A stretch of 64,000 nt of DNA. It comes from Octopus bimaculoides (Eukaryota). The stretch spans positions 177,150,001-177,214,000 of the forward strand of contig NC_068982.1 in assembly GCF_001194135.2 (NCBI RefSeq), in the 5' to 3' direction. Positions 53,500 through 64,000 of the stretch are shown piece after piece; within the stretch, counting starts at the first letter, position 1; each line of letters starts with the position of its first letter. A program made the position numbers and the translations under genes. The notes beneath the pieces are model-generated. The model worked only from the letters and a program-made list of their open reading frames with translations, searched no databases and had not been told where the DNA came from.

Positions 53500-53657
53500 C
53501 GACGGGCTTCTTTCAGTATTCGTCTACCAAATCGACTCACAAGTCTTTGGTCGGCCCGAGGCTATAGTAGCAGACACCTGCGCAAGGTGCCACACAGTGG
53601 GACTGAACCCAGAACCATGTGGTTTGTTAGCAAGCTACGTATCACACAGTCACTCCT
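53500..53657 (-). mobile_element. SINE family B head
   Basis: Reverse complement of the 6920 head. Confidence 0.85.
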
Positions 53658-54053
53658 ATATATATATACTGTATATATATACACCCACATATATATATGT
53701 GTGTATGTATAAAATAATTTATAATATCAGGGTAAGAAATATTTTAGAAATTTTTGCTAGCAATGGCCTAGCGTGTTGAAAAATTAGTCAATAGACTATA
53801 TATTATTCATATATATAGAGTGTACATTTAAGCACATAAGAGATACCAATCACAGGATACCTAGCACGCTAGAAGGAATAGCCAAAATGCAAACCATTAT
53901 TAGGGATAAATTTCGAACGGAATCAAAAATAAAAAACGTTTACCATTTATTCCTGTGTATGTATATATATGTATGTATATATATGTATATATATGTATAT
54001 ATATGTGTAGGTATGTATATATATATGTATGTATATATATGTATACATATATG

Positions 54054-54086
<33 letters not shown>

Positions 54087-54128
54087 GTATATNNNNNNNN
54101 NNNNNNNNNNNNNNNNNNNNNNNNNNNN

Positions 54129-54180
<52 letters not shown>

Positions 54181-54199
54181 TATATATGTATGTATATAC

Positions 54200-54241
<42 letters not shown>

Positions 54242-54362
54242 AATTTCAAATTAATAATAAAAGGATAAAATTAAGTAATTAGATTAATAAATTAATCAAT
54301 CAATTAATTAATAATTTTACCAAGTAGATCGGTACGTTAAAATAACCTTTATAGGTAAAATT

Positions 54363-54735
54363 ATACAAATATTCTACAATTATAAACATAATTATAATTA
54401 GGAGCCAACTAATTGCCTCACCACATACCGAATTTAGAAATAGAAGTCAAAAATTCCTGTTCTACTACTGTACGAATCTCCACGACAGTAACACACTTTT
54501 TTTTAGAGAGAAGGAATTTAAACACTTTAATCTCGAAACGCGTCTATTGATAGTTGGAGACGTGTTGATTCATTGTTTTTCTCTTTACCTACGTAAAAAA
54601 GTGTGCTACTATCGTGGAGATTCTTACAGTAATAGAAAAGGAATTTTTAACTCTTATTTCTAAATACGGTATGTGGTGAAGCAATTAGCTGCCCCCTAAT
54701 TATAATTATGTTTATAAATTATAGAATATTTGTAT
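54363..54735. repeat. Long inverted repeat, probably an inverted PLE terminus
   Basis: Arms 54363-54502 and 54595-54735 (about 140 bp, roughly 85-90 percent identical by eye); about 92-nt spacer; abuts the PLE fragment at 54.8 kb. Confidence 0.85.
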
Positions 54736-54829
54736 GTATATATATATATATATAGACGAAAACGCGGCCTGAAGGCGTTTAAGCAAAATACATACATTAA
54801 GGATGTGATATCAATAATGTTGTTTCCAG

Positions 54830-55480
54830 TTATTTACCGATGCTTACTAAGCGGAATCTTGCAGAATTCTGTTTGCATGACATGTTGCTTGTGGATTCTT
54901 GCACGTTGACAAAGGGAATTGTTGGCTTCTGCCATATAAATTTCCTTGCAATTGGGACAGGTTATACAGCATATATCTTCATTTACTTTGAAGGAGAATA
55001 CTCTTTGAAGATTTTTATGGAAACTAATGTTCATATATTTGAAGTTGTTATCGTTGGTATATGTTTCCCATCTGTTATCCTCATAGTCGTTTATGTAGAA
55101 TTCTGAATCATCCGCAGATGTGAATTTTCCTCACCTCAGATGATTTAAAGTTTTTTTTTTTGGCTGATGTTTAATGTTTCAAAGTTTCCGCAACCAGATT
55201 GTTCATTTTGGGGCTTTGTAAGAGTGTTGATAGGCTTGTTTTAGTAGTGTGGTATATGTATATTGATAGATGGAATAGTATTTTCTTCAAGTTTTTTTTA
55301 ATGTCCTCAGATATATGATGTCCAGATCCATTTCATTTTTGTTGAGCTTTATAATTTTAGGGTCTATATGTTCTGTGGATTCATTTAAATATTTTGTTTT
55401 ATCGGATATGCGGCCCAGTTGTAGTATGTTCTCTGAAGAAAAAAACAGTTTTAATACGGTGTTCCCGTTTCATGTTTCTG
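54830..55480 (-). mobile_element. Penelope-like GIY-YIG endonuclease fragment
   Basis: DICCITCPNCKEIYMAEANNSLCQRARIHKQH corresponds to NVIY.ITC..C...YIGET...L..R...H. Confidence 0.75.
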
Positions 55481-55497
55481 CAGGTCTTGTGTGTGTG

Positions 55498-55550
<53 letters not shown>

Positions 55551-56097
55551 GTATACATACATAGATACATACATAGCCATATATATGCAACAGAGTGTGT
55601 GCGCGCGCGAGCGTGTTTGGTTGAATCAGTTAGTAAATAAATCTAGAACTACAATATATTAGGAGTAATCTGTTCAAAATTATTTCAAAATAAAACCTAG
55701 TTATATAAAAGAAAGGAAATCATATCCATACGAAATTTTATAGGGAAAATTAAATGCATTTGTTTATACAAAAATAGAGATACCACTATATAATTTGTAG
55801 AGGAAGAAGCAGATATGGGTGTTTATTTAAATAAGGAGTGGTATTGGTTGGAGAATTATAGATAAATCAAAGTGAAAGAAAAGACAGTGTAGGATGAAAG
55901 AAAGAAAAACTACTTGGAAACGAAAAATAAAATGATTCAAGGGTAAAGATCAACGTTATGTACGCAATAAGAAGCAACCAAGTGTAAGTTAGTTGTAAAA
56001 TCTATTAGCACCGGAAGTGAATTTCTATCCTGCATTTTATTTCGAAAGCATGCATGCCTTAAACAGTAAGCCTGCAGGGGAAAAAAACTATTAGTTA

Positions 56098-56438
56098 TAG
56101 GCGCAAGCGTATCTGTGTTGTAAACAGTTTGCTTCATTACCATATGGTTATGAGTCCCGTCCCACTACTTGATTTATTAGTCAAGTGTCTTTTGCTATAG
56201 TATCGGGCTGACCAGAGCCTTGTGAGTGGTTTTAGAAGACAGAAACAGAAAGCCCGTTATGTGTGTGTGTGTGTGTGTGTGTGCGTGTGTACTTATTTGT
56301 GACACCACTGCCACTTGACAACTGGTGTTGTATTTACGTCCTCGAAACTTAGCGGTTTGGCAAAAGAAAAAGATTGACTAATTACCAGGCATTTAAAAAA
56401 TAAGTGCTGGGGTCGATACATTCGACTAAAAGTCTTCA
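56098..56438 (+). mobile_element. SINE family B (old, decayed)
   Basis: Collinear with 6920-7304, including the internal (TG)n tract. Confidence 0.7.
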
Positions 56439-56814
56439 CGTAAACTGCTAACAAGAGATAACAATAAAAACAACTATATAAAGGAACAAATAAAAGAAAT
56501 CTAATGGGAAGTAAAGATAAAGTAGTTTTCCAGGAAATTGCTACTTGATAACTAATTAAATTATATATAACAAATGGAAAAGATTGGTAGTGGAGAGATA
56601 GGGTGAGTTTAAGTTTAAAAATACAGTTTAATAAACTGTTACTAACTATTATATTTGCAGTTCAGTCTCTTGGAATTTCAACGTTCTTGCTGGTTTATTT
56701 GTTTCTTGGAACTAGGCTATTACTATCCATTCCAATGTGTAGATGCACACAAAGCCGCGCACACATACACACGCGCACATACATACATAAATATATACAT
56801 GCATGCATGCATAA

Positions 56815-58500
56815 AAGAGCCTTGACCTGGTTACAACATCATCAAAGGATAGAGGGTTGAAGTTTGGCCAGGGTAAATGTAGCTATATGGGTGGGAAAAG
56901 AGGGAAAACAATAAACCAGGCTAGCAACATTTCCATCAATGACTTAACTGTTTCCCCTATACCTAACAAAGAATGTTACAGGTACCTTGGGATAGATGGA
57001 AACATATTTTCCGATGGCCCCTTTGACATGACACGCGTCACTAAAGAATATTACTGCTGAATACAGAAAATATGGACCTCGGAACTTTCTGCATTCAATT
57101 AAACAGTGGCCTACAATGTGTTTTTATCGTGCCAGTACTCATACTAAAATAGGGACTACTTAATTGGACACTTGATGAGATCCGAGTTATTGATGTGAAA
57201 CCTGGAAGATAATACTCTGCACACTTAAACTCCACATCAACGAAAACAAGGCGGCAGAATCTTAACATCGATCCAAAATGCCCTTGAAATTCGTATCATA
57301 TCCGTTCAACAACATCTATTAACCACCCAGCGTCGGAGTGCATTCCTTGACCAAGTTTGCATACATGAAGCTGATAACATCATAAGACTTGAAAAGCATC
57401 TACTTGAGCAGCACTCCTTGTCTGATAACCTTGAATACATGCGCAAAGATGTCACACGACTCTACCGCAATGTATCAGATGAAAGGATGAGCGTATATCA
57501 GCAGAAGACCATTGGCATGTCAGTAGTAAACTCCGAGATGATAGTAACATTGATCATCAAATCGGTCTATCATGAGCCAATAACCGGATTATTACTTCTC
57601 ACTTTGAAGTGTATGCGTTTTCACCCTAAAAACAGCAAATATCAACCAAATAACTTATACACAAAAGAGACAAGGACGCAGAGAGAGCCAAAAAATGTGA
57701 CGACTGTTGCAGATTTGTGGAGTTAACACCGAAAACCTCCCCCGCATCATAAGCTGTTGTCCGAAAATGTCATGACGGTTTTATCTACGAATGAGACATC
57801 ATGTTGGGGCTAAGACACTGTATAGTGAGATGTGTCGGAAGGATATCCCTGAAGCCAAAGAAATAAGAACCTACAGTATGGTGAAGCTATAGCCACTCAT
57901 ATTAAGAAAGAGTACCGGTGAAATATCCCAGTGAAAACCTCTATAAAATGTAAACATAATAGACCTGACATAATGATTCGGGATAAGGATGAGAAACTAT
58001 GTACACCTGTAGAAATCAGCTGCCCTGAGGATATTAACATCAAGTTAAAGATCGGTGAAAAAGAAAATACATACGCTGAACTATTTACAAATCTACAGTT
58101 ACTCTACCCACATCACAAGTTCAGGTCTATACTTGTAATTTGGGGGGGGGGGCACTGGAATATGTAACACATTGCCTAGATACCATTCTTGAGGAAGGAG
58201 GCTTCTCAAAACTAGAGAGGAGAAAGTTGATTCGAAGACTACAGATCCAAGCCATCATTGGCACTATAAAAATCTGTAAAACTTTCTAAAAGCTTATCAT
58301 TAAAGTATATATGCAGCTATATGCATGAGAATACATACATAAAACAAATCATACAAATCTACAAACATACATGCAAAAATACATACATACACACATACAT
58401 ACAAAATACCATGTTGATGTAGTTGAAATTCTAGTGAAGGAGCCTTAGATCTAGATTGGAAACCGGCTTCTCTAATGGCATGAAATCTTTAAATAAAACA
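56815..58500 (+). mobile_element. R4/Dong-like RLE LINE, 3' 1.7 kb (RT end, CCHC region, RLE, 3' UTR)
   Basis: LDLVTT.SKD.GLKFGQGKC; YRYLGID; KHNRPDIMIRDKDEKLCTPVEISCPEDINIKLKIGEKENTY (PD..E.K nuclease motif); CATA-repeat tail. Confidence 0.85.
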
Positions 58501-58899
58501 ACATACATGCATAACAACATACATGCACTACAGTTAGTTATTCATAGAGATTGAAAACTGTAGGAACAAGTACAAAATTATTTCACGGCAAAATTCTACC
58601 ATGCAATATTTTTGAATCGTCAGAGGATCGTTGATGTTTGTGATAGTATTCGGATAATATGTGAATATTCTCCTAAAATAGATCTGCCTATATCAAAGTC
58701 GTATGCAACATCAAGCATTGCATCTACTCTTACTATGCCACCTCATCTTGTGGTCAGGCTGATCATCTGTACTAAGGCGTCGGCGACTGTGGCAAAAGTG
58801 ACGATGATAATGGTACTCCGAATTGAAATAGTGAAGACTATAATTAAATCGAAAACATTTTTCATGAAATGTTTCAAGATGGGTTAGTTCAGTTTTTAA

Positions 58900-60400
58900 T
58901 CTCACGCTACAAGAAATAGTACACTTAACTTTCATTAATATAAGACCTACCAAGGTATTTTAACAGCAATTAACTATATGGGGTTGTACATATACAACAG
59001 AGGTACACCCTTTACTGTTATAAATTACCCGTCAACAACTGCAAAGTGAACAAATGTAAAACAAAACATGCGCCCTCCCTCATACGGAAAATGGGTAAAA
59101 ACGATCGTTCATCTATGCAAAGATATCAGTTAGATAGTGATGTTCACTACCTGAAAATGAAGCAAAAAAAGAATATATATATATAAAACAAAACTGTGAT
59201 ATTCGACGTGAGATAGAATCGGAGAAATATTTTTACAGTCTACTTGAATTACAACAATGCTTTCGATTATGTTCACCACTCGTAGACGCTAGAGAATTTG
59301 CTAAATTTCAGATACCATACACACGACCATACAAACCTTACCTTCGTTTTGGTCCACTATCTTGAAGTTAATCACACAGTCGCAGGACTCTCTTCCACGG
59401 TAATACAACCGGTGTAATGTGGTTCATATTTTCGACAACCCTTTGTCCTTTTTGTTTTCTGAATTGGCACACAGAAAAAATATAGTCTAACAAATATTCT
59501 TTTTCAGCGACCTGAAAATATTTGTTAAATATATAGGTATAAAGAAGAACCTTAATTAAGTTACTACGTTCTAAACGGCTTGTACAGAAAGACTTTCGCT
59601 AGAAATAAATGCCATTAGATAGTTGTAAAATGAGGAAAAACTACAATCCATCTAAGGACATTACTGAAAATGCTATGTCTATTTCTCTGAAACCTGATAA
59701 AAAATACAGAGTAATGAAAATGTGATGGAATTTTTATGTAGGTACGCGTAACCAAGCCATAGAATATTGCACTCGTACAAATAAATATCGTCCTTAGAAC
59801 TCTCTGAATAAGTAAATCTGTGCTTCGCAATATGTCTGCTATGTCAGTACTGATACCAACGGGATGAGATGGAGCCATAGATATTAAAACATCAAAGCTT
59901 TTAACTAACACCGGATATTTCCACATCAGTACTTATTATAGCCACTGCTGCCTAAAATAAAATAAGGCAGCTTAACATCGAGACAAACAGAAAACATCTA
60001 CTGTCAAACGTCGAAGCATATATTTTATAATCTAATCAACTATGCGTAAATTAAAAATATCATAAGATTTGGAAAGAAGCTTGTCCAAAAGTATCTTCCA
60101 AGTGACACCCAAGAAGAAATGGACATGATATAACCCTGCCGCGCTAATTATGAGACCAAAAGTTGTTTATTGAACAGCATGTCATGCATAGATACGTCAT
60201 AAGAAAGCTTAAAATTGAAAGCAACATACTTGAGCGGAAAAGACTATCTTGGATCAACATTCGTTATATTAATTACCACTCTAAAGGCATGCTCTTGTAA
60301 TCTTGAAACAGGAATTAACGAAATACTCGATGCCTAAAAGGGATCTAGTCTCGGCAACCTATATAGATTCTGAAATAATTAAAACTATAAATATCACCCA
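58900..60400 (+). mobile_element. Older decayed R4-like LINE RT region
   Basis: TVYLNYNNAFDYVHHS (cf. WLDY.KAFDSVPHS) at 59235-59282 and FFFSDLKIF (cf. F.DDLKL) near 59500. Confidence 0.5.
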
Positions 60401-60701
60401 CTTCATAAACACTTTCCGAAAACGCCATGATGATATTAGCTACCTGTGGGACTAAACTCCTTAGCCAAAACATTATACAATACTTAAAAAGCATATCCCC
60501 AATTTAAAATATTAAAATCATTTAAAATAAAGCAACTGCATACTTACTCGTAATAAAGAGAAAAAGATTGTTGGTAGAATATTTTTGGAAAATACTTTGT
60601 AAAACATTGGCTTCGCAGGCTATCTAAAATTAACTGTAATGGGCAAAATAAACTTTTCACATTAGTGAAAATCTGTTGCTCAACAATGTTATTGTTATGG
60701 T

Positions 60702-61089
60702 TTTAGTAGTTGGCACTCCGTCGCTTACGACGTCGAGGGTTCCAGTTGATCCGATCAACGGAACAGTCTGCTCGTGAAATTAACGTGCATGTGGCTGAGC
60801 ACTCCACAGACACGTGTACCCTTAACGTAGTTCTCGGGGATATTCAGCGTGACACAGTGTGACAAGGCTGACCCTTTGAATTTCAGGCACAACAGAAACA
60901 GGAAGTAAGAGTGAGAGAAAGTTGTGGTGGAAGAGTACAGCAGGGTTCGCCACCACCCCCTGTCGGAGCCTTGTGGAGCTTTAGGTGTTTTCGCTCAATA
61001 AACACACACAACGCCCGGTCTGGGAATCGAAACCGCGATCCTATGACCTCGAGTCCGCTGCCTTAACCACTGGGCTATTGCGCCTCCAC
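60702..61089 (-). mobile_element. tRNA-derived SINE family A2, full length with TSD
   Basis: Collinear with 22298-22683. The 11-bp direct repeat ATTGTTATGGT occurs at 60691-60701 and 61090-61100. Confidence 0.9.
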
Positions 61090-62335
61090 ATTGTTATGGT
61101 AAATATTACAGAAAAGAAAACAAATCTGTCGAGCAAATGGGAAATCTCATGTTGGTTCATGTGAAGAATAGCTTTAGATGCATTGTTGCATTGTGGAGGA
61201 TTTGCCTAGGTACTAATCTTAAAAAACTGGACTTCACAAAGCCATAAACCATACAGCTAATTAGGAGATTATAGTTGCAATTCGTAAATGGTATTTGAAC
61301 TATGAAATTATGTAAAATAATTCGGTAGTTGGTCATTAATAATTGCCAACATGTATGAGCAGATATACTAACATGTAGATGAATAAATACGAAAATCGAA
61401 GATCGCGCAATAACATACGTGCTTGCATGTATAAATACTTGTGTAGATACATAAGTATAATTCTTGTTAATTTATACAATATACCTATAAAACAGCTTCG
61501 TTTCTGGGCTAGGAACTGGCTCTTCATTACGTGGAATTTTTTTAAATATAACGTGAAACATATTATTCCAAGAATGAATTGGATTAAAGCTCTTACTCAA
61601 ATGTGTATTAATTCATATTTTATATCTGATTACGAACTGTCTCTTCTGGATATTCTAAAGTAGTTTTAAGCAAGCTCTAACTGCTAGCAATTTTATAATA
61701 TGCAATATGAATAGCACATAGCTGTGATAGATAAACATAGACTGAAGACGTTGAGAATACGCCTAAACAATGAGAAATAAACTACAATAAAATACACGCA
61801 AAAATATATACACAAACGCCCACAAGCACACGCAAATACACACAAAGACACAAACACTCACATAGACTTATAAATCATGATGCACTTCCGTCAACCATGA
61901 CTGAAGTCTAATTTTTCGTAAAAATACCCTAATAAACTATCAAAAGCTTCAGAGGGCTGCTTCAATAAACGAACACTATATGACATTTAAATCGTCGATC
62001 TACGTAGAGAGATACTTCTTCATGTCATTTTGATTCGAGATGAAAAACGGACTGGAAACTGAAAACACGCATCGGTATTTAAACAATCTATAAGAATTAA
62101 CAAACATATTCCCTTAAATCACAACACACAGATTTGTAGAGGGAAACATCCATCAGTGCCAGCTATTCTCTAACTAATAGGATTTAGCAACTTAACGACA
62201 GTTGTTTGCTAATGAAATAGTTGATCTGTTGTATTGTGTGATGTTGGCAGCAGTAATATCTTGTAGTTAACTTTAACGAAATGAGTATTAACAGCTTTGT
62301 AGTACTTACGTGTATCTGCGTAGAGGTAGATAATT

Positions 62336-62406
<71 letters not shown>

Positions 62407-62674
62407 TCAAAGTAGTAGAAATCCATTCAATCCAGGCTATCATCTCAGCAGCACATCATGTGACTGTCTAGCTGAGTGTTGAAAAAGTAGTGCTAACAGA
62501 CCAACTCGTTAAACAATCAATTAATGCATTTTTCATAACGAAGTAATGAATTTATAAGAAATAGGCATTCTGCATATCTGAGAAGTGTATATATAACAAC
62601 TAATTATATTTATCGCAGAATAGATAACAAGAGGTAATGAATAAGAAATGAAAACAATTTTGTTGACTTAGTTA

Positions 62675-62822
62675 CGGCCAATATGCATAGCTGGGTTGTC
62701 TGATTGTGCAACCAAGTAACATGGTTACAGGTTCTGTCCAAATGCATGGCACCTTGGGCAAGTGTTTTCTAATATAACTCGGGCCAAACAAAACTTTGTG
62801 AGTGGATTTGGTCGAGGCAAGC
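62675..62822 (+). mobile_element. SINE family B head (decayed)
   Basis: GGCACCTTGGGCAAGTGTTTTCTAATATAACTCGGGCCAAACAAAACTTTGTGAGTGGATTTGG. Confidence 0.7.
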
Positions 62823-62884
62823 TGGAGACAGCCATGTGGTGTAAGTATACATACATACATACATACATACACCCATGGATGCAA

Positions 62885-63025
62885 CGTCGTTGTTTTTTCC
62901 TGTCCTTTTTTGTACCGTCTAACTGTTCGGATGTTTTGTTGTCGCCTGTTATGTTTTTGTTCCATTTTTTGTTTTCTTCATATATATATAGCGGTTTTCG
63001 TACACTTTTGGTCTCTTGTATGTAA

Positions 63026-63067
<42 letters not shown>

Positions 63068-63766
63068 AAATCCTGTACGACTCTTTTACTCTTCCTTTTA
63101 GCGCCCTTCACACTTTCTTCGTTCTTTCCACTTTTCTTTTTCTAGCTCCCCTTCTCTCACATTTCTTGGCCTTCCCTTCCTTCTCACTTTCTCTCCTCCT
63201 TTACCCCACTGTCCCTTTCTTTTCATTTTCTCTCTTTCTCGTCCGTCCCTAATTCTTCAATCCCTCTGCTCCTACCTCTCTTCTTTCCTTCCACGTGACC
63301 GTTGTTCCGCCAAGCCTCGCGTTTCTTTTTTGGTTCGACTACCATCCGTCGAGCATCTCTTATATTCCTTGCTATGATTTTCATCTCGTATGTTCCTGCC
63401 TGAAGGCTTCACTTCCACACAAGCCAGCTTAATTCAATTCGTCCTTAGTCGAAAGGCAACTGTTGTTAATGTTTTGTTTGTATTAATAGTTGTGTACGAT
63501 TCCTCCGTTATTTTTTCGACCTCGTTTTCGTATACATTCGCTTGCTTTCTTCCAAGGAGACTGGTGCTCTTAGCTTAGATTTTCTTGGGGCCGGCCAGAT
63601 TAGAGCAGTCTCGAGTGTAACCGGCCGAAACTGCAACGATGATGTGGAACTCGACTGGGGATAGGAAGCTCCGAATGACCCGTCCTTGTTTTTCTTGTCT
63701 TTTTTTTATATCGACTAACTGTCCGGATGTTTTGCTGTTACCTGTTACGTTCCATTTTTTGTTTTC

Positions 63767-63769
<3 letters not shown>
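62885..63769 (+). repeat. Non-coding element bounded by about 90-bp direct repeats (pseudo-LTR-like)
   Basis: 62885-62980 resembles 63681-63769 (CTAACTGT.CGGATGTTTTG.TGT..CCTGTTA.GT..TTCCATTTTTTGTTTTCTT); pyrimidine-rich interior. Confidence 0.6.
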
Positions 63770-63806
<37 letters not shown>

Positions 63807-64000
63807 TCTCTGCTAGCGCTAAATATATATTTATACATTTTACCTTTATTCTTATAGTTCAGGAACAATTACGATACGGATTACATTTGGATTCGCCTCG
63901 GATTTAGCAGTGCATTACATTTAGGATTCAAACTGTGAAACTGAAGGTAGGTAGACTTTAATATAAATATATTAATATGTATGCGTAAGGAGACATATAT

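Noticed and set aside
5426-54268. Long ORFs in the track containing X runs or YI/HT/CV/SL/ER repeats
   Set aside because: Artefacts of N-gaps and dinucleotide microsatellites; not evidence of coding.
63570-63640. CCAAGGA..stem..GAAAC-TGCA-ACG
   Set aside because: Lacks both CUGANGA and a GUH triplet.

Overview
This is AT-rich, repeat-dense animal genomic DNA from a draft assembly, with 13 N-gaps, most flanked by microsatellites. The SINE families, microsatellite load and transposon mix resemble an octopus (coleoid cephalopod) genome; this is an inference from recalled repeat sequences, not a database match. I found no intact protein-coding gene, rRNA, tRNA gene or CRISPR array. Most listed ORFs are microsatellite or gap artefacts, or decayed transposon frames. 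The window is a mosaic of decayed mobile elements: Penelope-like elements (RT + GIY-YIG), a Tx1/L1-clade LINE, R4-like and HERO-like restriction-endonuclease LINEs, Tc1/mariner transposons, Helitron pieces and many tRNA-derived SINEs. The most interesting signal is a set of type I hammerhead-ribozyme motifs, read by eye, in or beside Penelope-like termini. One 40-nt copy at 35560-35599 (minus strand) pairs fully but has a CCGAUGA core. A divergent pair sits in an inverted repeat at 39234-40102. Several more copies are decayed. Hammerheads in Penelope-like elements are a known phenomenon; what may be new is the variant core, the density and the arrangement. There are also two long fold-back inverted repeats and two weak candidate exons.
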